The notes under the pieces: model-generated
The model's input: only the letters and a program-made list of their open reading frames with translations
Told to the model about the DNA's origin: nothing
Database searches by the model: none
Translations under genes and position numbers: made by a program
Assembly: GCF_001194135.2 (NCBI RefSeq)
Contig: NC_068986.1
Location: 76,684,848-76,743,727, forward strand
Reading direction: 5' to 3'
DNA from: Octopus bimaculoides
Lineage: Eukaryota
Length of the DNA stretch: 58,880 nt
In this document: piece after piece, positions 1-13,400 of the stretch
How positions within the stretch are numbered: the stretch's first letter is position 1
Layout of the letters: every line of letters begins with the position of its first letter

Positions 1-45
<45 letters not shown>

Positions 46-870
46 ATATATATATATATATATATATAATATATATAGAATGAAATTTCTGTTGAGTGGG
101 ACTTTAAGTTTTGCCTGACTGCTTATTCAGCTGATCAAGTTGAAGCTGTTAGATGAGACTTACAGTCTGTTCCAGTTAACACAAATTTGATTTCATTCCA
201 TAGTTTATCTCACAGTTGTCTTAGTTGTGTGCATAACAAATTATATCTTTGATTTTGTTCCATAGTTATAGATTTATATATGCAAGCTGGTATCAAGATA
301 ATAGTTGAATTTACAGAATCAGCAAAGCATCAGACAACATGCCATGTGAATTTTTTTCTGGCTCTTTATATTGTAGGTTAAAATCTCACTGGGGTCAAAT
401 TTGCTCTCATCTTTCCAAGGTCAATAAAATAAAGTATTAGTCAAGTACAGGATCACTGGTATCAACTAACCCCTTCCCCTCAAAATTCTTGGCTTTGTAT
501 CTTGAAACAATTATTATAGATGTATTAATGATAAAAGTGTGTTACTATATTTTATTTCAAGCCCTCCTTCATCTGTGATCAAATTCTTTTTTCTGTTCTT
601 CCACCTGCAGTTGGTAAAATAAGCATCAAAAATAATACACAGGAGAGTATGTAATGCCTCTTTAAAATTTTGGTTTTGTATGGAATCATAAAAAAAAAAT
701 TTAAATAGCCTACAGCAAACATTGAAAAATACTTATTCTGTAGTAACAGGTGATGCATTGAAAATTTTGCAAAATGATTTCATGTCTTAAAATGGATGAA
801 AAGACTAATCATTTGAACAAAAATAGTAGTACAGAAAATACTTCATTTTTCTTCTATAATCTATTTGCAG

Positions 871-978
871 GAATTGTTACGGTTCACTCCAAAATCTCAT
901 CCAGATTATGACATTTTGTCAGGAACATGGCGGATTACACAACATAATTTAAACGACTCTTCCATTCATGCTGATCAG
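871..978 (+). CDS. ABR: ABR-like exon: DH domain C-terminus ([36 protein letters not shown])
   Basis: ttgcag acceptor, CAG/gtttgt donor, phase 0-0; resembles the DH-end motif LLKHTP..HPDY. Confidence 0.85.
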
Positions 979-3900
979 GTTTGTGATAACTTATTTCGTT
1001 ACATTGTCATGTATTATTTATAATTATAACAAACCTCTTTTTATTCATTTCTTGATAATAACTGACATCAAACATGACAGCTGTTATCTGCTGTAAGATG
1101 ATAGATTAAATATCTTGAAGCTATTATTAGTTTGCAGTATCCATATGACTGCTTCTGCAAATGGAATAAAGTTTAAAATTAGCTGCAGTATATGGAAAAA
1201 AGAGAAACAAAAAACATCTTTAGATCAATATTAAAATTGCTTCCTAAGTTTACATTACATGCAATCTTGGGATACTATTGCAACAACTGATCAAAAATAG
1301 TGATCGTTAGATACTAGATTAAATATTTAATCAATAATTTTTCTTTTTTTTTCTGGATGGTCTAGTAATTTTCAACTATTCTGCTTTTTGCACTAGGCTT
1401 CGAATTTTAACTAATCCACCATCCCCTTTTTTTCTACGTTAAATAAAAACAGTCATTTTGGATGAAACTTCAGATTAAAAACTCTGAAATGATCTTAGAA
1501 ACTAAAATTGTGAGGTAAAAAACTGAAGTGGAAAAATGTTTCAACTAAAACTGAAACAATTAAGAATTCCCATAAATTTGATTTGAATTGATAAAAAAAT
1601 TTAACTTATTTCTTTAAATTCTGAATTCAGTTCAAATTTTAAACTCTCATTTTTAGTTTCAATGTATGTAAATATTTGTCACATCAAATTCAACATCCAA
1701 CCTGAAAAAATAGATAAATGAATAAATAAGCAAATAACAAAAAAGCCCCAATTCCCCACTCACATTTAACCAGAATTCTCATCCCTAGTTTCTTCATGAT
1801 TTTCTGTTATTTTGAATATAAGTATTAGTAAAAAGGAACATCATTTTAGATAGGATTTATAGAAATATTTTTTTTATGTTCAGTATCTATTACTTTGGTC
1901 TTAATGTTTTTATATGAAGGCACATGGCGCAGTGGTTTGAGCACCGGGCTCACAATCATGTGGTAATGAATTTGATTCCCAGACTAGGATGTGTGTTGTG
2001 TTTTTGAGCAAGGCACTTTATTTCATGTTGCTCCAGTTCACTCAGCCATAGAAATGAGATACGACATCACTGGTGCCAAGCTGTATTGGCCTTTGCCTTT
2101 CCCTTGGATAACATCAGTGGTGTGGTGAGAGGAAGCTGGTATGCATGAGTGACTGCTGGTCTTTCATAAACAAACCTTCCCAGACTTGTACCTCAGAAGA
2201 TAACTCTCTAGGTGCAATCCCATATTTTTATGTAAGTTAACCTGGAGAAAAGGAGGTAATTTACATGACCTTTGAATGTCATCCAGGCAGTGAAATTGGT
2301 GTGTAGTATGGTCAACCTGAACATCTGTAGGCCACCTTAGACTGGTGAGAGTGATGCAGCCAATGTCTAAACTGAACATGTATTGGTCGCCCTGGACTGG
2401 TTGAACTGAACTCATGTGGTTGATGTCCAGTCTGAACATCTGCAGTTAAAATGGGAGCAAGGAGAGAATAGAGGTTCTGGTCTGGACACTTAACCTTCAG
2501 CCAAACCCTAACAGAGTGAACTTTTATTAAAGGCACACAAGAACCCAGTGGCAATGTTAAACTGGATAATATGTAAGGCCTACCACCAGCCAACAAACTT
2601 TACAAAGATGTTTTATTGTGATACCAACACTGAACAGCTTCTTCTACCTCACTAAGAATTATCTCCAGCCCTAACCTTTTGGTCCTGATTTATTTGTTTG
2701 TAATTTGGAATTAACATGTCACCTAGGTAGGTTGTTTATGCCATAACTTTAAGAGCCACAGCTGTAACTTCCATCTACCATCCACATCAATTAAGTAAAA
2801 GTCTTAATCAAAATAATCAATTCTGACCAAGAAATGACCATATTTGCTAAGTATTTTTCATAGATTCCAAATAACTCTAGGACCATTGGCATGTATATCT
2901 ATTTTTATTAATTTATCATTTTCAATAGCTTATTTAATTTCCTGAATAGAAGTAAACTGTTTCCTTCCAGTAGAAAAGTTTTCTTGTGCTTTATTTTTAT
3001 TTATTTGATAAATACCATTGATAATGTTGCCTTTAAACAAAAAATGACTTAGTGTTCTACTTAAAATGTAGATAAAAATTGTTTTTAGATGTTACTATTT
3101 TTATTGACTTGTTTGGGAATATTGTCTACTTTAAGTGGTTATATTTCTGATCAAGAAATGGCCATATTGCTAAGTATTACAAATTCAACTCTGAAACTAT
3201 TGACAAGCATATTTATTTAGTTATCATTTTCAATAGATTATTTAATTTCCTGGAAATATATAAATTATTTCCTTCCTGTAAAAAAGTTAATACCATAAAA
3301 CTATAAGTAGTTATATTTCTACTTTTCATCTTAGCTACAATGTATCATGTGTGGTTTGCAAGCATATTTCAAATAGAATTTTTAAAAGAAGTGTTTATCT
3401 TCAGTATATAATTGTAAAAAAAAAAAAAAAAACTTCTTTGCATGCAATATTTAGGACAAAGAAATTATTTTATTTTTATGCATAAATACATATAAGTTGA
3501 TACTTTTTTTTAGATGCTGCTTCTATCTTTTTAGCAAAATAAAATAGTATTTGTAAATTCTAATCTCTCTTTCCAGTTCCACCTCATCCACTCCCACTAG
3601 CTCATATATAATGCATGATAGTCATGAATCTTCTTCACCAACAACAAACTATTCTTGTCTCTACTATCATTCTTGAAGCCCTCAAGACACCTCACATAAA
3701 GGTGTCTCCCTTTCAACTCTTCTTTCTCAGTAAAGGAATCTCTTTAGTTTTATGAGTCACAAAACAACCTCACTAGTACTGATGCCTTGGAAAAAGTACT
3801 CTGTCTACTCAGTAAAGTTTTAGTATTAGAAAGGGCATCCAACCATAGAAGCCATGTCCAAATTGAGGCACTGGAAAAAAAGATGTGGTTCTCTGCTCTG

Positions 3901-6900
3901 TTAGATCTTATTTGAACTGTCCAGTCCATGCTAACATAGAAAGCAGATGTGAAAAAATAATGATGATGATAATGATGGCAACAACAATGATGTCTATATA
4001 TTGTGAATTAAAACATCAAGAATTTGAACAGATTTTAAGTATTTATAGAAATAACCTCAAAAAATCACAACTAAATGAGAATTATTCTTAGACCATATAT
4101 TGTTACACCATAGCTGTCACAAGCAAGTCAGTATGACATGATAGCTTGTACCTTTCTTTCACTAATCGGTTTTCAGTCTCTATGTAGTTGTGAGCAAAAA
4201 TAGACACTCCCTTAACCCTTTCACCTTTGATCCAGCAGAATAAGTTAAATATGAGCATTGAAGGGAGAGAGGGTTTCACTAGCTCTCAACTGAGTATACT
4301 GGACTAACATAAAATGAATGTTTTTGCTTGATCATGCAACATGCATCCTACAATCCAGGAATTGAGCCTCTAACCTTAAGATAATGATCTTAATATAGAA
4401 AATTGTAGAGCCATTTGATAAAGTTATTTTCTATAATGTCAAATCCTTTATCATCATCATTTTGATGTCCACTTTTCCATGCTTGCATTGTTTGGACAGA
4501 ATTTATTGAGGCAGATTTTCTATGGCTGGATGCCCTTCCTGCCACTAACCCTTACCTATTTCCAAGCAATTTAATGTTTCCCCATAGTCAGACATGTTTT
4601 CACAGTATGTTAGAAATAAATTACATTCTTTTACAACATTATGCAATGTCAAGACAAGGAGACACACACATATAAATGTCAAGCTTATTTCAGTTTCTGT
4701 CTACTAAATCCACTCTCTAGTCTTTGGTCAACCTGGGGCTAGAGTAGAAGACATCTACCCAAAGTGCCACACATTGGGACTGTACCCCAAACCTTGTGGT
4801 TGGGAAGCAAACTTCTTAACCACACAGCCACATCTGCACCTTTATTAAAATCTAAATTATTTCTAACAAATATATTACAGGTAGAGAACGACCATTATCT
4901 TCTGAAGGCTGAACATCTTGTTGAATTGCTCAGTAATAATGCCAGGAAACTACGTTGTTTCTTTCTGTTTAGTGATGTGATTGTTTGTACCAAACAAAAG
5001 TTCTAGTAAGTAATATTCTTTTTTTCTTATATTTATTTAATATTGTAATTGATGATCAGGTTTCCAATAGACCAATTACTGGGTCACAGTATTTCTATAT
5101 TTCTGACCATGAGAATGATAAGGAAGAGTCATTAAGACCATACAGAACAATTAGCAGTAGGGATTTTGTTTAAAAGGCATTGGTTTTCTAGATTTCTCTT
5201 CTTCCTCTTATATATATATATATATATATACACATATTTGTGTATTAAGGCTACCATTGGTTTCATGTTAAGAAAATATCTAATATCTTAACTATTTTTC
5301 AAGCTGAACACATGGAGATTCCTCCATGTGATCAGCTTGAGAAATTGTTGAAATATTAAGATATTTTCTTAACAATAAGCCAATGGTAACCTTAAAATAC
5401 ACAAATAAAAAGTTTTTACCCATGTGATGTTCAACACTCATTCTCATTGTTGAACATTTACACACACACACACTTATGGAAACTACCAAGAGCTTAAATA
5501 AAATGGAGATGCCAATTCACATATATAAAACATTCTTGGCTTCTAGGTCAATTAATTAATTACTAGTGTGTTAACAGCATATTGTTTCAATGTTATACTA
5601 TACAAGAGACCATAATCATAACTTAGTTAACACTGTGTAATAGACAAATGTTAACAGTTTGTTTTTACATGTAAGAGTACAACAAATTCGTGGTGGTGGT
5701 GGTGGATGTCCTTGACAGCACTGAACAACATGAAATCCCCTTGTTGGTAAATGTACAACTTTTATCATACACTAACCTGTAGATAGACAAAAAAAAGTGG
5801 ATACTCAGTCACTGATGAAATCCTAATGCAGAATTGAAACAAGTCTGGCTGATCCCTTTTTTTCTGTCCAGATATTTGCAAGCATTGACTCATGAGATGA
5901 AATGGTACATAATAGTGTTGTTTACTTTCATAAATTGATAAAGTGTTAAATAGATAGGAGTGGCTGTGTGGTAAGTAGCTAGCTTACCAATCACATGGTC
6001 CCGGGTTCAGTCCCACTGCGTGGCATCTTGGGCAAGTGTCTTCTACTATAGCCTCGGGCCGACCAAAGCCTTGTGAGTGGATTTGGTAGATGGAAACTGA
6101 AAGAAGCCCGTCGTATATATGTATATATATATATGTATGTGTGTGTGTATGTTTGTATGTGTGTGTTTGTCCCCCCAACATCGCTTGACAACCAATGCTG
6201 GTATGTTTATGTCCCCGTAACTTAGCAGTTCGGCAAAAGAGATCGATAGAATAAGTACTAGGCTTCTAAAGAATAAGTCCTGGGGTCGATTTGCTCGACT
6301 AAAAGGCGGTGCTCCAGCATGGCCGCAGTCAAAAGACTGAAACAAGTAAAAGAGTAAAAGAGTATTCTTTTATTCTTTTACTTGTTTCAGTCATTTGACT
6401 GTGGCCATGCTGGAGCACCACCCTGAAAGTTTTTAGTCAAGCAAATTGACCCTAGGACTTATTTTTTTAAAGCCTAGTACTTATTCTATCAGTCTTTTTT
6501 GCTGAACCACTAAGTTACAGGGATGTAAACACACCAAGACCAGTTGTCAAGCTGTGATGGTGGGGGGAGGGGCAAACACAGACACAAAGACACACACACA
6601 TAGATATATACATATATATGATGGACTTCTTTCAGTTTTTGTCTACGAAATCCACTCACAAAGCTTTGGTCAGCCTGAGGCTATAGTAGAAGACACTTGT
6701 CCAAGACGCCGCACAATGAGACTGAAGCTAGAACCTTGTGGTTGTGAAGCAGGTTTGTTACCATACAGTCACGCATACAAATACTATATGTAGGGCATGA
6801 GACATTTTGACAGGGCTGTTTTAGTATCCCTGATTCAACACTGACTTATTTGGCATTCAACATTTTAATGTTTCTCTCATTCTCCTCCTCTTCTTCTCCC

Positions 6901-9900
6901 TTCTCTCTCTCTGTTTATGTGTATGAGCATATTTCTCTTTATGTATATGAGGAGAGGGAAAGTGTTTATATCAATTGCATTCAATTGATAAATTATAATG
7001 TCTTTCATTCTCTCTATCTGTATGAGTATATTTTTGCTTTTGCACATGCATGCTTGTGTGTTTCTCTCCAATGCCAAAAAGTTCTGTTACAAAAATAGGT
7101 TCAGTATCGTGAATTTTATATATGTATATATAAATCCAATACAAGGAAAATAGGTTCCTCTTATAGGGATGAAAACATCCAATTTTTCACTGGCTTAACT
7201 ATCTAATACCCAATTTAGTAGAGAAAAACTTTGTGAGTAAGAACATGAATTTTTATAATTTTAATATGTGTAAGAATCGAAACAATTGTATGTAATTTGT
7301 ATTTAGTTTTTATTATTTATTATATTATTATAAGAATATAATATAATATAATATAACGTTAATAAATTAAAATTTTTGAATTGACAATTGTATATCTCCA
7401 TGCTGATGATAATGTTGATTTAGTGATGATAATGTCGATTTAGTGGTGGTGGTAGTGATAGTTTTGATGTCAGTAATGATGAGCATGATGAATCCATTTA
7501 TATCTTTCAGTCAAAAAGATTCATTCGATGTTAAATGGTTCATTCCAATATACAAGCTTGAATTTCATTCCAGTACAGACCATAGAGCAGGTAAATATTC
7601 TTCACATTTGCTTTATTTGTAGGAGAAAATCTTTGTTGCATGTCTTCTTATTGCCTGCAATGGTTTGTTTTTTCCTCACTAATTGATTTACAATCTAATT
7701 TCATATCTTTTAACCATGTTTTGTGTCCTATTGTATAACTATTTGTCATCAGTTTTAATTATCTTGTCTCCCATAACTTTAAGCTTTTAACATTCAAAAT
7801 TATTCTGTCACATGTAATGCTTATTCATTCATATTGTTTTGAATTAAGCATGGATTATCTTGTAGCTTCAAGATTTCGATGATTTGACAGTTTATTTTTA
7901 TAATGACATAGTAGGATAGGTGTGGGAGGCAAGATCTTGTCAGTTTCAACATAAAACAGATAGAACATTTTGGTTTGATATAGTCAGTTTAAATGCTAAA
8001 GGGTTAACCTATTTGCCTATTCTCTAATCTATTTACCTATTTTCTCACTCCATTTAACTAATCTCCCTTTCTATTTCCCTTTTTTTTTCCAAATCTGTTT
8101 ACGTGTTCACCAATTTACCTATCCACCAGTCTATTTGCCTATTCATTAATCTAATTACCTATTCATCAGTCTAGCTATTCACTAATCTATTTACTTATTT
8201 GCCAATATATTTATCTATTCTCTCACTCTTTTTACTTATCCTAGTCTCTAGGTCCAGTGTAAAGGGGCAAATGTTTTTGTAATATTTGGTGAATAAGAGA
8301 TAGGTCTCACCCCGTTCATTTTAAAACTTACTTTTTATTTAGAGTTCAATATATCCAATAATACACGATGAATGCCATGGGCCACTGAATTGTTGGGACA
8401 TCACTGAATACTTCTTAATTTCGTGTAGTGTATCTAGGACAAACATTGCAAGTCAACAAAATGCTTGTCAATGTTTATAACACAGTTGCCATTGACACTG
8501 CCAATAACATTAGTTACTACAAAGAATTGTGTCAGTTCTATGTTACCTCTTCATAGTTAGGCAGAGTAGGTCATTTCAGAGCTAAAAATGTTGGTCATTG
8601 ACACAAAATATTGCTAGTGACAAGATATAAATTGTTGATCTCTTGGTTAGTCACCCAGTAATCAAGCTTCACTCTCTATGCTTGCCATCAAATGATGATA
8701 TAATGCTAAAACAATATTTCTCTTTAATCTAATTTCTCATTTTTTTTTCTTTAATCTTATGAATCAGTTGTTTTAATCCCATTCCCTTTCTTTCCTACTT
8801 ATATCAACCCCTCTCTCTCATCTTCAACTTTGTCAGTTTATTAACTGTTTTCCTTCTACTTCCTGTCTTTTCTTTTTATTTTAATCAGTTTTGTCATTCC
8901 CTTGTGAAGTTGACTTGTAACCTGATTGTCTCACATCTGATCCTTAAAACTTCTCCCCCCAACTTTTCCATTCCAGTTTCTTTCTTTGTTGTTTATTTAC
9001 TCATCCCCCAAAATCATAATCCCTCCTCACTCTGTGTGTGTGTGTGTGTGTGTGTAGCAGCATCATTCCTGTAAAAGTGTAATAAATATAATAAATATGT
9101 ACTTTACAAAAGTATTGAATAATCCTTCAGGTTAATGTAAAATTGTTTTTATTTTAACTCAGTATTAAAAAACAAAGGCTGTGTGATAAGCTTGTTTCCC
9201 AACTACATGGTTCAGTCCCACTGCATGGCACCTTGGCCAAGGCCAACTAAAGCCTTGTGGGTGGATTTGGTAGACAGAAACTGAAAGAAGCCAATCTTGA
9301 CTGGTATTTTATTTTATCATTCCCAGAAGGATCAAAAGCAAAGTTGTCCTTGGCAAGATTTTAAATCAGAATGTAAGAAGCTAGAAGACAAGGCATTTTT
9401 GTCCAACATTCTACAATAATATAATCTAGGAAATATAATTATTTAGTAATGTTTATATGCCAACAGAATCTCGTTTCGAGCGAGATCGTTGCCAGTGCCC
9501 CTGGACTGGCTCTTGTGTGGGTGGCACATAAAATACACCATTTTGAGCGTGGCCGTTGCCAGTACCGCCTGACTGGCCTTCATGCCGGTGGCACGTAAAA
9601 GCACCCACTACACTCTCTGAGTGGTTGGCGTTAGGAAGGGCATCCAGCTATAAAAACTCTGCCAAATCAGATTGAAGCCTGGTGTAGCCATCTGGTTTCA
9701 CCAGTCCTCAGTCAAATCGTCCAACCCATGCTAGCATGGAAAGTGGATGTTAAACGATGATGATGATGATGAATGTGGCATACGTGTATCACATAAGGCT
9801 AGAGATGGTAGTGATGACCTCCTTTGCAAATGCTATATGGACACAAACTGTGTTTCGATAGCCAGCTGGAAAAGATGCTTTCCTGGGGCTAAAACAACAG

Positions 9901-10398
9901 TAACATCGTCCTTTATAGGACTGCCACACTCTGTTGGCATATAAACATTACTATCCGATACTGTTACTGTATATCTCTCGCTCAGAAATTTAAAACAAAT
10001 ATAAATATTATTCTAATAAATATCAATTTTGTTCTAGACCAACGATATAAAGTTCTCAGCTTTCACTAGGGAAGCCCTGTCTCATTCATATACTAGATCA
10101 GAAAAGTACAGTGGTTCATATGTTGCTTGTGTTATTGCCATAGGAAAACCTCATGGAAGATTCATTTGCCAGGTGAAGAAAAAGTTTGTAAAACAACATC
10201 TTGACTCCTCTCCCACTCCATTTTTCTTCAATAACATAGAACAGCCCAAGTCATACATATAAGTAAATATATTGTATAATCAAACCATTCTTTCTCACTG
10301 ATAGTACAGTGGTATCAAAAATTCATGAGTATTTGATAAAATTAACATTTAATTTCAACAGTATATTTTTCCATATGTACACACAAAATATATCAGAT

Positions 10399-10478
<80 letters not shown>

Positions 10479-13400
10479 TCTCTCTCTCTCTCACTCTCTC
10501 ACACACACACACACATGCACGCACAGCAAGGTGGTTGGTTGGCCTGCAGGCTCAGGTGTTGAAGATGGACCAGTTCTCTGTAGCTTGTGACAATTTTAAC
10601 CTCACAACATATACAAAAGAGACTGGTATATAAACCGTCTTTTCACTTACATCAACTACTCTTCTATATAATTCCTCTTAAAACTTTCTATTTCTTCATT
10701 GCAGATACAAATTATAAGTTTACAGAAACCATCGACGAATTAAAGAAAAGAATGAGCAGTATAGAAACAGAATTACGAAACAGAGTAAGTTCAGATTCCA
10801 CAGTCTTGTTTTTGTTTTTAAACCAAGATAAACAAGTTACAAATGAATATTCATAAAGTCCTGATAGATTAGCTATAGAATTTGGTATAATCAGGAATGT
10901 AAGAAAGTGGGTGATGATCTGCTTTAGTTATTAGTCCATAGAAAAATTCCAGTAAGAGTTCAGATGCTTTGGTCTCTTCTTTCTCGCAGTCTTCCTTACT
11001 CTCCAGCAAAGTGTGACATAGCAAAGACTGACTTTATTCTTCAGTTTCTCAATAACTACCAAGCTTTTACAAAGCTCATACACACATACATCTAAGATCA
11101 CATAACATGAAATATTGCCTGATTGATTGTTATGAAATCACTTACAGACATACTCTAACCTCTGGCCCACAGACATGATGGTGTCTCCTCTCTATGCCTT
11201 CCATGCTGCTACAATGACCTCTGTGCCTCCAAGTCAGCTGATCTTGTGTCACCTCCATTCGAGCACTCCCAATTCACTCATGTTGTCTCCTATCGTAATG
11301 TCTGTTCATAGATCTCACATCAACCATTACACATAATTCTTTCATTGGTTACTATTATTTTGGAACATCCATCTCCACTGTTAATTAGGTCACCTACATA
11401 ACAAAAGCCATTAACTACTTCTAGTGAGCCTTCCAGGCATTTGAGGAAATCTGTTTCATGTGCATTCTTAGTGCTTACTGCTCCTGAGCATCTACCATAT
11501 ACAAAGTCTATCTTCTCTATTAGCCTGCCTGTGACCACACATCTTTCATGTGTCCATTGTTTACATTGAGTACATCATATGGAATGTCTATCTACTTCCT
11601 TTCTGCATATCAAGCATCATCATTTCATCAATAATAGCAGAGTACTGTCTTCTTTCCTATTTACTAAAACTTTAGTATTTGCTAAGTTCACTTTCAGACC
11701 TCTCAATTCTACATTTGCTTATACATCTGTAATTTGTTCTCTTATTCTACTATGGATTTAGTTACGAGAACTAGGGGATCTAGGTTTTTTCATTCACAAA
11801 ATATGCATTTTTTTAAAAGGAAGTAAAAAATCTGAAAATTGGCTATAATAATGTAGCCTTCCAGTCTCATTGCTTTGAATGTATGATGTTGCAGAGAAAA
11901 AAGTTACAGAGGTTTAAAAATTGTAAAAACTGTGTATTTATAGACAATAGTGAGACAGAAATTTGCTGCGTTTAGCAGAGCAGTGTCAACTTTAAGGTTG
12001 TACCCTGTGAAATTTATAGTTTAGCATCTGACCTGTTCATTGTAGCTTTCTAAATAAACAGAAATATCTAATAAAATCAACATGTATCATCTTACTGTTT
12101 CTTTTGCTTCTTCATTAATTGTTTGATTTTATTACTTTTTTAAATTTGTTATATTAATATATTTGTCTTCATGTGTTTACTTCATGCGTATTTCAGTATT
12201 ATGTATACCTGTCATGTATTTGTGTACATCATTAATATATAAGTGCATGTGGATGTATGTATTCATATATAAGTTTATATGTACATTTATGCATTCATTT
12301 GTGTGTGTGTGTGAAGGGTGTGTCTGTCTCCAAAACTCCAAAGTTGAGTAATGTTTTCATGCTTGGATTTGTAAACTACAAGAATAAGACTGGTCAACAA
12401 AGAATTTGTCCCAAAGAAAAGAATACCTGTATCTTATACGTTTTTTCATGCAGAATTCAAAAATAATGTCAAATTATCTATATCACCCACAGTTTCTCTG
12501 TTCCATTATATCCTACTTAGTTCCTGTTACATGGGCTAAATTCCAGTTAAGCTGTTGAAATGTGAAGCTAATGGTTTAAGAAATACTCCTAATTTAAATT
12601 TTTATGAACAGAATTAACCTAGTGAAATCGTAAATCCAGCTAGCTGAGTCAATGAGTCCCAAAAATATATGAAATGAAAAATATATAAAAATATTAACAC
12701 AGAGAAGCACAGAAAAGTATGCAATATACTAACATAAGAAAAATTAAAGCAAAACACGCAGGTGAAGAGAATCTTGTGGTGTGAAGAATCAAATGTGAAA
12801 AATCAATGTAGACAACAGTGAACCACAACACAGTGTGCGGTTGTCATGGTAACAAGCTGCTAATGCCATGCTGTCTAGTGATTGGCCAAAATTACCCAAA
12901 TTTCCCAACTTTGATTCCAAATAACATCAGATTCTTTAATTTACAAGATAAAGTAATTAGTTGATCGTAATCAAAATTCAAAGTTGCATCAATGCACCAA
13001 AATTGAAAGCAATCTGATCAAAATTAAGTGGGGTTCATTTTGCAAATGAGAAAGACTAGGTCATCAGTATATAGGAATTCTCATAGACAGCTGATCTTAA
13101 ACTCTTCTGTTATATCCTGGAGGACAATGATTAATAGGAGACTGAAGATTGAACCTTGGTAGCCCCCTACTTGTATGCTAAATTTGTTGCTGTACTCATT
13201 GCTAACTCACACCTTGCTGTCTGTGCCTATATACGTGATTTGACGGCAGTCACAAGTTGCTCATTTACCCCTAGTTTTTATAGCAGTCACTAGATTACTA
13301 AGTGTAGAAGCTTGTCAGAAGTCTTTCACAGGTCACCATATGCTAAGTGCAGTGGCTTATGTCTAGCTGAATACTTCATACTTCTTCTACAGTTGTCTCA

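Noticed and set aside
1-870. Upstream DH exon of the ABR-like gene
   Set aside because: No in-frame candidate with suitable splice sites; it probably lies before the window
1499-1660. Weak inverted repeat in AT-rich DNA
   Set aside because: Short, low-complexity, many mismatches; likely chance
4875-4886. AG/GT at exon starts (4881, 25073, 34801, 54033) as recursive splice sites
   Set aside because: Poor donor consensus after the GT; G at exon +1 is common and the exons are needed for the frame
5957-6030. tRNA-like A/B boxes at SINE heads
   Set aside because: They continue into SINE bodies and give no complete cloverleaf; not tRNA genes
9690-9712. Minus-strand CTGAGGA...GAAA in the RTE-tailed element; similar hits near 29140, 42928, 47874 and 51538
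   Set aside because: Stem II absent or too short, or no matching stem I and cleavage triplet, so not hammerheads
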